Assembly: GCA_964430885.1 (NCBI GenBank)
Contig: CAYSHM010000015.1
Location: 1-64,000 of the forward strand
Direction of reading: 5' to 3'
DNA: 64,000 bases
Source: an uncultured archaeon
GTDB taxonomy: Archaea; Thermoplasmatota; Penumbrarchaeia; JASLWR01
Shown: piece after piece, positions 18,223-28,118 of the stretch
How positions within the stretch are numbered: the stretch's first letter is position 1
How the letters are laid out: each line of letters starts with the position of its first letter
Notes under the pieces: model-generated
Seen by the model: only the letters and a program-made list of their open reading frames with translations
Databases searched by the model: none
What the model was told of the DNA's origin: nothing
Program-made: the position numbers and the translations under genes

Positions 18223-21141
18223 ATGAATATCCTGCCCAAGCTGCACCGCAAATTGGAACTTATTCTCTCTGAAGAGAACATAACCGAGCTCACCTCTATA
18301 CAGAGCGAATCATTCCACCATATACTCAATGGTTCCAATACACTGATCATAGGACCTACAGGTATGGGAAAGACCGAGGCTTCGATCATCCCAATTTTTC
18401 AAAAACTATTGGATTTGAAGGAGACGGAGGTTCCAGGGACGAATGAGAAATCAGGATTTTCAGTTCTGTATATCACTCCCTTGAGAGCGTTGAACAGGGA
18501 TATGTACCAGCGAATGGAAAGATGGAGCAGGTTATCGGGCATTAAGCTCGGATTGAGACATGGTGATACCCCTCAAAAGGAACGAAATAGACAATCCCGG
18601 AATCCCCCTGACATCTTGGTTACCACTCCTGAGACCCTTCAGGTCCTTTTTACCGGCTCTAGATTGGTCAAGCATCTGCAAACCGTACGTTTCGTTGTTG
18701 TGGATGAGATTCATGATATCTGCGGAAACCTTAGGGGTGCTCAGCTTTCCATAGCCCTGGAAAGACTCCAGAATCTATCAGAACACAATATCTGCCGGAT
18801 CGGTCTATCAGCCACTGTTGACACAGGTTCAATAGCTTCAGTGGCAGCATTCTTGGGAGGTATAGGCAGGAAGGTAAAGGTTGTCAAGGATCAAATTAAT
18901 AAAAAAATGATATTCGATATTAAAGTCCCTTCAAAAACAATGGATCTGAAGAAGATAAGCTGTGATCTGGGGTGCACCGAGGATGAATGTGCATCCATTG
19001 TAAGAGCATTGGAGCTTATCGAGAAGAACCAGCCGGTTCTATTCTTTGTAAATACACGTCAAACAGCAGAAATGCTAGTGTCAAGAATAAACCTCATAAA
19101 AAGCGCTTATCCCGTCGGCATACACCACGGCTCCCTGTCCAAAGAGATAAGGATGCAGATGGAGGAGGATTTCAAATCAGGCAAATTGAAAGGTTTGATC
19201 TGCACATCCTCCCTTGAGCTTGGTATAGATGTTGGATTTGTAGACCATGTTGTTCAGTTCTCCTCACCTCGGGAGGTTACACGCTTGGTACAGAGGGTGG
19301 GTCGCGCTGGTCACGGTGTAGGACGAACTTCTATAGGAACAATATTGGCAACCAGATATGATGATATTCTTGAGAGTGCGGTTATAATAAGAAGAACTCT
19401 TCATGGGGAATTGGAGCATTTGGAACCTAGCAAAATGCCCATGACCGTTCTGGCTAACCAGGTAATGGCTGCCGGAATGGGTAAGGAGTATGGAAAGGAA
19501 GGTATCTCAGTCGGTGATTTCTGGAGTAAGATCGTAAGAAAAAGCTATGTTTTTAATGGATTGTCCCTGAAGGATTTCAGAAAAATGATAAAAGAGCTTT
19601 GGGAACACTACATGATATGGTACGATCCTGACTCCGATAGATTCGGCAGAAAAAGAAGGACACTCAAATATTTCTTTGACAATATTTCAATGATAAGGGA
19701 CGAGAAGATATATGACGTTGTCAATATCGTAACTGGCCGAATCATCGGGAAGCTCAATGAGGATTTCGTGGCCACAAGACTGGAGATAGGGGAGAAATTC
19801 ATTGTAAAAGGTCAGCCATGGATAGTGGTTGAAATAGAAAACGGAAAGATAACTGCCTCTCCCGCAACAGATATTGGAGCTATTCCTTCTTGGGTAGGTG
19901 AGGAGATACCAGTCCCTTATGAGGTGGCCCAGGAGGTCGGGACCATCAAGGGTATGATGGAAGAGATAATACAAGGAATTAGGGACAACACCCCTGATCT
20001 AACAAATAAGAACCGTCCTGGTAAGAGTTCAAAACTTTCCAAAAAGGTTCATGACAGACTCGGGAGTGAATACGTTATTGATTCAGAAGCGTGGGGCAGG
20101 TATTGGCCTCATTACTTCTCCCAGTATGAAGGACATATCATACCTCATGACAAAAAGATAGTTCTGGAACGTGAGGGAAACATAACAGTGATCAATACCT
20201 CGTTGGGAACACGTACCAACGAAACTCTTGCGCTACTGGTATCATCAATGATAGCCAATGATCTGGGTAAAGGTGTGGATACACGGTGCGATGCGTACCG
20301 GATCATAATGGATATTCCCATTAGCTATCCAACTCATTTCATATTGGAGCACATGAAGGGTATTCCACCGGAAGATGTCAAGGGGCTGATGTCCATAATA
20401 GTTACACATTCACCTCTCTATAATTGGTCCCTGCTCTTTGTAGGTAAAAAATTCGGTATAATCAGAAAGGATGCGGACCTTAACGCAGGTCATCTGAGAA
20501 ATATTTCAGAAAGATACCGGGACTCGATTATACACAGAGATGCTGTTGAACATGTGCTGCATCACAGTTTCGACATTCCTCATACGATTGAAGTTCTGGG
20601 TAGCATCAGAAATGGTCTGATAGATTTGGTCCGGTCGAACAGATTGTCCCCCATGTCTATTGAAGGATTGGACGAGCCAACCTCTATGACCCTTCCCGAT
20701 AGGGCGGATTACGGAATTTTGAAGGCACTGAAAGAACGGCTTCTAAACAATCCCATTGTGCTTGTCTGCATCCATTGCGGTAATAACCATTATATGATGG
20801 CCAGTGAATTCCCTCATGACAGTTCATTCCGATGCAGTATGTGTAATGGAGTTTTCTTGGCAATGCTTCACGAACGCAAGAAGTGGCAGTCCGAACTGCT
20901 TTCTAAAAAGAAACAAGAACTAGAGCCGGAAGAGAAACGAATCGTCGAACGATTGGATGTCAATGCATCTCTGGTGCAGAATTATGGAAAACGTGCTGTT
21001 ATTGCATTATGTGCAAGGGGGGTCGGGCCTGTGAAGGCAGCGGCGATACTGAAAAGACCCTATCGGCAGGAACTTGATTTTCTAAGGGAAGTCTTAAAAG
21101 CAGAAATTGAATATGCAAGGACCCGAAGGTTCTGGGATTGA
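18223..21141 (+). CDS. lhr: Lhr-family SF2 DEAD/DEAH-box helicase
   Basis: PTGMGKT, YITPLRAL, TTPETL, VDEIH, GLSAT, HHGSLS, TSSLELGIDVG, QRVGRAGH, IPSWVGE; C-terminal CxxC..CxxC. Confidence 0.92.
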   Translation: MNILPKLHRKLELILSEENITELTSIQSESFHHILNGSNTLIIGPTGMGKTEASIIPIFQKLLDLKETEVPGTNEKSGFSVLYITPLRALNRDMYQRMERWSRLSGIKLGLRHGDTPQKERNRQSRNPPDILVTTPETLQVLFTGSRLVKHLQTVRFVVVDEIHDICGNLRGAQLSIALERLQNLSEHNICRIGLSATVDTGSIASVAAFLGGIGRKVKVVKDQINKKMIFDIKVPSKTMDLKKISCDLGCTEDECASIVRALELIEKNQPVLFFVNTRQTAEMLVSRINLIKSAYPVGIHHGSLSKEIRMQMEEDFKSGKLKGLICTSSLELGIDVGFVDHVVQFSSPREVTRLVQRVGRAGHGVGRTSIGTILATRYDDILESAVIIRRTLHGELEHLEPSKMPMTVLANQVMAAGMGKEYGKEGISVGDFWSKIVRKSYVFNGLSLKDFRKMIKELWEHYMIWYDPDSDRFGRKRRTLKYFFDNISMIRDEKIYDVVNIVTGRIIGKLNEDFVATRLEIGEKFIVKGQPWIVVEIENGKITASPATDIGAIPSWVGEEIPVPYEVAQEVGTIKGMMEEIIQGIRDNTPDLTNKNRPGKSSKLSKKVHDRLGSEYVIDSEAWGRYWPHYFSQYEGHIIPHDKKIVLEREGNITVINTSLGTRTNETLALLVSSMIANDLGKGVDTRCDAYRIIMDIPISYPTHFILEHMKGIPPEDVKGLMSIIVTHSPLYNWSLLFVGKKFGIIRKDADLNAGHLRNISERYRDSIIHRDAVEHVLHHSFDIPHTIEVLGSIRNGLIDLVRSNRLSPMSIEGLDEPTSMTLPDRADYGILKALKERLLNNPIVLVCIHCGNNHYMMASEFPHDSSFRCSMCNGVFLAMLHERKKWQSELLSKKKQELEPEEKRIVERLDVNASLVQNYGKRAVIALCARGVGPVKAAAILKRPYRQELDFLREVLKAEIEYARTRRFWD

Positions 21142-21162
21142 ACATATTAAGAAATCTCTCGA

Positions 21163-22641
21163 TCAGAACTCTTCCTTCTTGAACAGAGCTTTTAGAAATA
21201 AAAGGAAAGCGAATAAAGCCGAGATCCCGATTATCAGGAATATTCGGGTGTTTCCTTTATCTTTTTCTGAAGAAGCCGTCCCTCTTACCTCTATTTCCTC
21301 GATCTTCATGGAACCACTCTCACCTTTAGTGGACTCCATTCTCACCTTGTATTCACCCCCCTTATCAGGAAGTGTGATCAGGAATCTGAAATTCCCATTA
21401 TCGTCAACAGAGGGGTATGTTTTATCCGAAATGCTCTGTCCCATTGAATTCTCCAGCCAGAATGAGATATTGAAACTAGTGGTCTTCACACCGTTTTGTG
21501 TGACGTAGCCGGTAACTGATATCGATTCTCCGCTCATTCCTTTGTTTTTACTGAAGGTGCTGAATATTTCCATATAATCCGGGGTCTGAGCAGAATCTAT
21601 TTTCCATTCGTCTGAATACCAATTAATAATTTCATTGGTGAGAGCGGGATTAGTTATCTTGATGTTGAGACTGTGATAAAGCTTCAATCCGCTGTAGGCC
21701 CAGTTGGTAGAGCCCAAGATAATGGTTTCGTCGACTACGCATAATTTGGTGTGGGTAATGCGGTTAGGACTTTCAAAAAAGGCATCTATACCATGGGATT
21801 TGAACTTGTTTATGGTATACTGGTTCATCTCGTTGAGATATTCCTCCCAATCACTCTTCTCCAAGGTAACCTTTACATCCACACCCCTCTTACTTGCGTT
21901 GACAATGGCATTGAAAATTAGAGTTTGGGGGGAATCATCATAATCGGTGACCTTGAAAGCGTAGAACAGTAGGTATATTCGGTTCTCCGCATTTTCCAGA
22001 GTATCTAGGACTGTGGGAAGATAATCGCGGTCTACAAGAGGGACCACTCCGTCATGGTTCTCATATCCCAAATCCATATCATATGTTGAGTTCGCCCATA
22101 CTTTCCAGAAAAATGTTTCATAATATGAAGCTACCCTGGGATCGTCGATCCTTACATTTGCCTCATTGTTGTTATCTATGGAATTGTCGGACCAGTTTGT
22201 TGAACCAATGATTACGGTGGTATTGTCGATAATTATCATCTTTCCATGAAGCGTCTTCCCTGCATCATCAAGTTTCACATTGAATCCTTTTCCGGAAAGA
22301 TATTCCAGAGCATATTCGTTCTGATCGGGCTCCTCATCCATGATTATCCAAATATCCACTCCCCGATCCTTTGCATCTGAGAGCTCATCGATAAGGGACG
22401 ATACTGTACTGCCGATAGCCATTTCGAACTGGATCATGAGAATTGATGACTCTGCCTTCCTGAAAACGTTTCTCACGACAGAATAATATTCCTGATCACA
22501 TACTATTTCATGATTTATCTCCGGTTCGGTTTGGGCATTGACTTTGAGTACCGGAATGAAGGATATTGATAATAGAAATATCAAGCTGACTATGACAAAA
22601 AACTTTCCATTTTTAATCAGAGGGACCATTCCTTTTTTCAT
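21163..22641 (-). CDS. Secreted, membrane-anchored phospholipase D/nuclease-family protein
   Basis: Two HKD motifs (HGKMIIID..GSTNW; HTKLCVVD..GSTNW), signal peptide, C-terminal TM with basic tail; start placed at MKKG after GGTGG. Confidence 0.85.
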   Translation of the reverse strand: MKKGMVPLIKNGKFFVIVSLIFLLSISFIPVLKVNAQTEPEINHEIVCDQEYYSVVRNVFRKAESSILMIQFEMAIGSTVSSLIDELSDAKDRGVDIWIIMDEEPDQNEYALEYLSGKGFNVKLDDAGKTLHGKMIIIDNTTVIIGSTNWSDNSIDNNNEANVRIDDPRVASYYETFFWKVWANSTYDMDLGYENHDGVVPLVDRDYLPTVLDTLENAENRIYLLFYAFKVTDYDDSPQTLIFNAIVNASKRGVDVKVTLEKSDWEEYLNEMNQYTINKFKSHGIDAFFESPNRITHTKLCVVDETIILGSTNWAYSGLKLYHSLNIKITNPALTNEIINWYSDEWKIDSAQTPDYMEIFSTFSKNKGMSGESISVTGYVTQNGVKTTSFNISFWLENSMGQSISDKTYPSVDDNGNFRFLITLPDKGGEYKVRMESTKGESGSMKIEEIEVRGTASSEKDKGNTRIFLIIGISALFAFLLFLKALFKKEEF

Positions 22642-22841
22642 AATTCCACCTTTTGATTCAGTCACAGATTTCCTTCTGCCCAAAATAACTTCGGATTGCA
22701 GATCCAATATGAATACAGAGGTATGAAAAGACATCAATATATGACGGCGATATTATTAATAACTGCCTGAAAATGACAATTGCAGATGGCAATAAAATAA
22801 AAAATAGGTAAAGAGGAAATATTTCTCAATATTATTGAGAT

Positions 22842-23642
22842 CTACTCTTTATTTTCCTCTTCCGGCTTTTCTTCAGATCCAGTTTCTATCTTCTCAGCTG
22901 TCTCTTCCACTGCCTTTTCCTCTACTTCCTCCTCCTTATCATCCTTGCTGGGAGGCGGTTGAGAATAATCTTCGATCAGCTGAAAATTATCGATAGACAG
23001 ATGTTTTCGAAGGAAGGCTACGATCAGGAACTTCTTCTGAATCCAAACAGTGTCATATTTACACATTTCAGGAAGTACGATTTTTGCCATCCCGTCCACT
23101 ATCTCAACCTTGGGTTTGGCCTCCTTCTTGTAGTATATCTCGAAAATCGCCTCGGCGATGGATATGTCATCATCAGCCTTCTTCACGATCTTCACATTAT
23201 AGATAAGGTCCCTGCCGGCCAAAGGATGGTTGTAATCAACCCGGACCCTTCCTGCACCCACAGTGGTTATCTGACCGATTTTGCCGTTCATGAAAATTTG
23301 CATTCCCGGCATTGGATAGGATTTCTCATCCTTGAACTGGGGTAATTTCAAAACCTTTCTTAGAGATACCCTCTCAATAAGTTCAGGCTTTCTATCACCA
23401 TATCCATCTTCCTTAGTTACCTCGAATTCCTTCTCGGAATCAACTTTCATATCCTCCAGGGCATTTATGAAACCGACTGGTTCCTCTCCCTGACCCATTA
23501 CCATTGCAATGGGGGAATAGTCCTCCTTTTCGTCATAGATGTCGCTTTCCTTTGCTACCTCTTCTCTGGTGGTCCTATAGATATCACCGGATTCTTTGAT
23601 CTTAAGGTCATAGTCGACATATATGATGTCACCTTCTTCCAT
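22842..23642 (-). CDS. slyD: FKBP-type peptidyl-prolyl isomerase (archaeal long type, SlyD-like)
   Basis: GYGDR, PMPGM, VRVDYNHPLAGRDLIYNVKI; acidic tail; start at MEEGD after GGAGG. Confidence 0.88.
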   Translation of the reverse strand: MEEGDIIYVDYDLKIKESGDIYRTTREEVAKESDIYDEKEDYSPIAMVMGQGEEPVGFINALEDMKVDSEKEFEVTKEDGYGDRKPELIERVSLRKVLKLPQFKDEKSYPMPGMQIFMNGKIGQITTVGAGRVRVDYNHPLAGRDLIYNVKIVKKADDDISIAEAIFEIYYKKEAKPKVEIVDGMAKIVLPEMCKYDTVWIQKKFLIVAFLRKHLSIDNFQLIEDYSQPPPSKDDKEEEVEEKAVEETAEKIETGSEEKPEEENKE

Positions 23643-23783
23643 ACATGAGCCTCCATTCCTATTATTATGATTTTTAGGGACAATCCCATGTTCATTGATA
23701 AAGTTTGTTGAGAAAATTCCTATTTTATTCCACATGCACCATTAATCCAAAATGGAAGAACCAATGGAGAAACGGCACTCCAA

Positions 23784-24971
23784 TCAAGGCATTTCCGTTT
23801 TGATAATATCTTTCGGAGAAGCCCTGTTCACAATGAAATATTCCACTTCCAAACCCTTTGCTGTGAAGGGGTTCCGCAGTATTTGACAAGGAACTATTTC
23901 GTCCTTCTGAATACCATTCAGGGCAACGTCATATCCGGCCTTGAATCCATCAGACCGGTCATCCAGAATATTGTTCTTAGCAAATTGCAATAGAGGCAAA
24001 CCCATGGAAGCATTGAAGGTAAGTCTTATACCTTCTCTGATCTCTCCGCCCATGTACATAAAAACACGTAAGAAAGTCTCCATTTCCTGAAACATATCGG
24101 GTCTGGATATGAAAGAATTATCCGATCCTATCATGATATCTATATTGAGCCTATGGATCATTGGTATGTCCGGCATTAGTGAAAACAGCAGATTGCTACG
24201 GGTGCATAGCGTTACAGGAATGCTGTTATTAGAGATGTATTCAAGATCCTTATGTGTTGTCTTGGTGAGATGTATCAGAGGCCAGCATTCAAGATTCTTC
24301 AGAAGTTCCGGGTTCTCGCGGATTCCTTCACTGAAATGGGTTGAAAAAAACTTGGATCGTTTTTTAATTTTTGTCTGCCAGCCCAACAGCAGTCCTTCAT
24401 CGATATCGGATATTGAACTGAGACCAAGACCATCAGACAGGTCCAGTATTTCATCAATTTCTTTATCAGAGCTTTCATCATTAACAGACGGACGGCCGAG
24501 TATCATTCCTGTAGGTATCGGATCATTGTTTGCTAGTGCTGTTTTCTCGGCAATTTTTACGGCCTGTAGTCCTTCAAGACCGCTCTCCCTGTAATCACAA
24601 AAATAACCGGTTCCAGTTGAAGAGAGGAATTTCATTTCCTCATAAATACCTCTACCAATGGCGTCCGGACTTCTATCATCAAGGAACCTGTGCTTAAGAC
24701 CATGTGGGGGGATAACCATATCATCCAGTCTTCCCGTCGGTATCTCAGACAGCATAGAATCTCCCAAATGAGTATGAGCGTTGAAAAAAAGAGGATTAAT
24801 GATAACATTGAGCTCATTATTGAGTCCCTGAATATTTTTCAAATACACCGGATTCCTATCTTCAATAATATAACCGTCTTCAAGAAGAACGGTCCGCTCC
24901 TCAAAACCCCGGTTAAGACCTCTATAGATCTGGCCTGTATAATAGGAAGGACTCACATTTTCACTGCTCAT
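23784..24971 (-). CDS. Amidohydrolase-family metal-dependent hydrolase/deaminase
   Basis: NAHTHLGD, DYRESG, THFSE, IHL, GSDN motifs. Confidence 0.8.
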   Translation of the reverse strand: MSSENVSPSYYTGQIYRGLNRGFEERTVLLEDGYIIEDRNPVYLKNIQGLNNELNVIINPLFFNAHTHLGDSMLSEIPTGRLDDMVIPPHGLKHRFLDDRSPDAIGRGIYEEMKFLSSTGTGYFCDYRESGLEGLQAVKIAEKTALANNDPIPTGMILGRPSVNDESSDKEIDEILDLSDGLGLSSISDIDEGLLLGWQTKIKKRSKFFSTHFSEGIRENPELLKNLECWPLIHLTKTTHKDLEYISNNSIPVTLCTRSNLLFSLMPDIPMIHRLNIDIMIGSDNSFISRPDMFQEMETFLRVFMYMGGEIREGIRLTFNASMGLPLLQFAKNNILDDRSDGFKAGYDVALNGIQKDEIVPCQILRNPFTAKGLEVEYFIVNRASPKDIIKTEMP

Positions 24972-25155
24972 ACTTTCAACCTTGAAATCTATTTAGAGAC
25001 TCAATACCTGTGATCACAAGATAATAACTGAATTGTTTAACCACATTTGAAATTCAATAGATTGGTTACTTACAATAATATATATAATATATTTCACTCA
25101 GCTAGAACTACTTAGCAGATATAGGATTGAAACCAAAACCGAGGGAAGAATTTCA

Positions 25156-25938
25156 ATGACTGATTTTGATGAACTATTCATGAAGACCCTATCCGAAGCC
25201 TTTGAGGACAAATTAATGGATCAGATAATGACAGAGCCAGTCCCCGAACACATTGCTGTCATAATGGATGGGAACAGGAGATATGCCCAGGACAAAGGGG
25301 AAGAGCCTATAAAGGGACATATTTACGGTAAGAACAGGCTGAAGGAACTCCTGGAATGGTGCCTTGATCTTAAAATTAGGTTCCTCACAGTATATGCATT
25401 TTCTACGGAGAACTTCAACCGCCACAGAGGAGAGGTAGAGATCCTCATGGATATGTTCGTCAAGAACTTCAATGAACTTGCTAAGAAACGGGAAAAGCTG
25501 ATGAAGGAAAAGGTCAGAGTGAGGGTACTAGGCAACCTGGACCTGCTGCCTTCGAATGTTACTGAAGCCATTTTGAACGTTCAGGAGATGACCAAGAACA
25601 ATGATGATTATCATTTCAATCTTGCAATTGCCTACGGCGGAAGGGAAGAGATCACCAATGCTGTAAAGGAGATCGCGCGAGAGGTCAAGGCTGGAAATAT
25701 CAATCCTGAAGATGTAGACCAGGGTTTGATATCATCCTATCTTTATACCCATGATTTGCCTGATCCGGACCTGATACTCAGGACAAGCGGTGAAATAAGA
25801 CTGTCTAATTTCCTCATTTGGCAGATGGCCTATTCGGAATTCTACTTCACTGATGTTTACTGGCCTGGTTTCACCAAGAGCGAGTTTCTGAAGGCTATCC
25901 GTTCCTATCAGATGAGAAAAAGACGTTTCGGGAAATGA
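25156..25938 (+). CDS. uppS: cis-prenyltransferase (polyprenyl diphosphate synthase)
   Basis: HIAVIMDGNRRYA, YAFSTENFNR, YGGREEI, PDLILRTSGEIRLSNFLIWQ, RRFGK. Confidence 0.95.
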   Translation: MTDFDELFMKTLSEAFEDKLMDQIMTEPVPEHIAVIMDGNRRYAQDKGEEPIKGHIYGKNRLKELLEWCLDLKIRFLTVYAFSTENFNRHRGEVEILMDMFVKNFNELAKKREKLMKEKVRVRVLGNLDLLPSNVTEAILNVQEMTKNNDDYHFNLAIAYGGREEITNAVKEIAREVKAGNINPEDVDQGLISSYLYTHDLPDPDLILRTSGEIRLSNFLIWQMAYSEFYFTDVYWPGFTKSEFLKAIRSYQMRKRRFGK

Positions 25939-26059
25939 CCCTGGTCACCTATAAATTTGATTCCTTACAATTCTTCGTTTATTCGTTTTTTTTTATAGAG
26001 CTTTCTATCATTTATTTATATTGGATAATCCATAGTCTCAAAATTCACGGGGTTATATT

Positions 26060-28021
26060 ATGACAAATTTCCTTACTAAGACATTCAAAAGGTTTCAAAA
26101 GGTGTATTGGATAGCTTTGAGCTTCGAATTGATGGAAAGAGCTGCCTACTACACTATGATACCGATAATTGCTGTACACGCTATCTGGAATGTGGGTATG
26201 AATCCAGGTTTGGCTTTGATACTTACGGCATTTATGTATCCTTTTCAGTACGGTTTCCCCATATTCACTAGTGCTTATGCTGAGAAATTCGGTTACCGAA
26301 AGCAGATGATATTGGCTTTCTCGATTCTATTTGCAGCGTACATATCTCTTTCATTTGCCTACAATTCCATTACTATGATACTTTCTGTAATGTTATTGGG
26401 CTTCGGAATCGGTTTATATAAACCTTTGATATCCTCAACCATAGCTAAATCCACCGACCAGGATGACAGAAATTTTGCATATTCTATTTACTATTGGATA
26501 GTAAATTTTGCCGCTTTTGTATTTCCTGTCATATGGACAATAATTTTTGCCCTCACTTCAGGAGCTGAAAAAGAACTTTATTCAATGGTTTTCAGGATTG
26601 GTGCACTTTTCTTTTTGGTGAACATATTTGTGGTGATATTTGTATTCAGGGAGATTCCCCGATCTGGAGAAGTGAAGACCTTAAAGGATGTTACAACCAA
26701 TATTAAAACTGCATTTGTTGATAAAAAATTCGTTGTGATGATGGCACTAATGGCCGGTTTCTGGGCTTTGTATTCGGCGACATTGGCACCTTTACAGACA
26801 ATAGCGTACGGATTCAAATTACTGCCAATATGGTTTTCAATAATGCTTTTGGGTGTTTTCAATCCAGGTACAATTATATTCCTTGGATTTCCCTTGGCTA
26901 AATTGGTTGAAAAAGTAGAGTCTATAAAAGCTTTAATGGGCGGCGTATTGATCTATCTTATTGGTTTTACAAGTTTAGCCCTTTTAGGTTTTACGATTCA
27001 CTGGTCTTTTATAATATTTTCCATAGTCATTTATTCCATCGGAGAATTCATGGTTGCTCCGGGTTATTTGGCCTTTGTATCAAAACTTGCTCCAAAAGAG
27101 AAGGTTTCCGCTTATATAGGTTGCAATTTTCTTGCATCTTTTGCAGGAATCTGGGGCGGTGCACTGATTTTCGGGTCGTTAGCAAACTTGATTGCTGTGA
27201 AGATGCAGAGACCCTTTCTTTTCTTCGGAATTGTGATCTCTGTTGGACTTCTGATACTGGTTGGTTTTATGGCCTATTATAAGGCCTGGGGTCAGGATAT
27301 AATTCAAAGAGCTCGAAATATCGAAGCTATGGAAAAAGGCATACCTGTTGAACAGTTGAAATCAAAATTATCGGACAAAGAACCATTTCTATTCAGGATT
27401 TTCAATAAGAAGGGTGTTTCTCTAGTAGCTGTTGTTCTTATACCAATTGTATTGGTAGCTACCTTCAGCCTTGGCACATATACCTTTTATCCCCCTGAAG
27501 ATAAAGATAAGGATGAATGGGTATTTGAACCCCTGAATTACGATCTTATACCTGGCGCTTCATTCACAATAACTGGCAGTGCTAGTGAGAACGGTGAGGT
27601 CATCGAGAGTCAAGTCATAGAGCTTGTGGAGGGTGAACTGCTAGCTTCAATATCAATCGAACTTACCTGGATGGACGAGCCGGATAGAAGTGTTGGTTTA
27701 CTCGGAATCCGGACCCTGGAAAACCAGCCGGACCAGTTCTCTATGGATATATCCCTGCCCGCAGACCCTGAAGATGATACAACAAGTGACATTACCGGTT
27801 CAGAGGGGCCTTCTACCAATCCCAGGGGCAGTCAGGGTATTCTGACCTTCCGGCAGGAATTCGTACATAACAATGAGGTTTCCATGAATGGCACTGGTCT
27901 GTGGACCATCGTGGTAAGCTGCGGAACCTGCGGTGATTACCAAGGAACGGTCCAGAGTGAATCCGACACCGGGAACACCTACGAGATAAAAATAATCACT
28001 GAGAAGTTCGTTCCTCAATAA
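26060..28021 (+). CDS. MFS transporter (POT/peptide-like) with extra TM and C-terminal soluble domain
   Basis: ELMERAAYY (ExxER motif), AEKFGYRK, GLYKP, about 12 TM helices, then one more TM and a ~175-aa acidic beta-rich domain. Confidence 0.82.
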   Translation: MTNFLTKTFKRFQKVYWIALSFELMERAAYYTMIPIIAVHAIWNVGMNPGLALILTAFMYPFQYGFPIFTSAYAEKFGYRKQMILAFSILFAAYISLSFAYNSITMILSVMLLGFGIGLYKPLISSTIAKSTDQDDRNFAYSIYYWIVNFAAFVFPVIWTIIFALTSGAEKELYSMVFRIGALFFLVNIFVVIFVFREIPRSGEVKTLKDVTTNIKTAFVDKKFVVMMALMAGFWALYSATLAPLQTIAYGFKLLPIWFSIMLLGVFNPGTIIFLGFPLAKLVEKVESIKALMGGVLIYLIGFTSLALLGFTIHWSFIIFSIVIYSIGEFMVAPGYLAFVSKLAPKEKVSAYIGCNFLASFAGIWGGALIFGSLANLIAVKMQRPFLFFGIVISVGLLILVGFMAYYKAWGQDIIQRARNIEAMEKGIPVEQLKSKLSDKEPFLFRIFNKKGVSLVAVVLIPIVLVATFSLGTYTFYPPEDKDKDEWVFEPLNYDLIPGASFTITGSASENGEVIESQVIELVEGELLASISIELTWMDEPDRSVGLLGIRTLENQPDQFSMDISLPADPEDDTTSDITGSEGPSTNPRGSQGILTFRQEFVHNNEVSMNGTGLWTIVVSCGTCGDYQGTVQSESDTGNTYEIKIITEKFVPQ

Positions 28022-28118
28022 AGGTATATGAATAAATAAATAAATGTAATGTTTGATTTCAGAGATCAAGGTTTATGTATTAGTGTTTTTTACCTCTAAA
28101 GAATTTATTCGTTGATTA

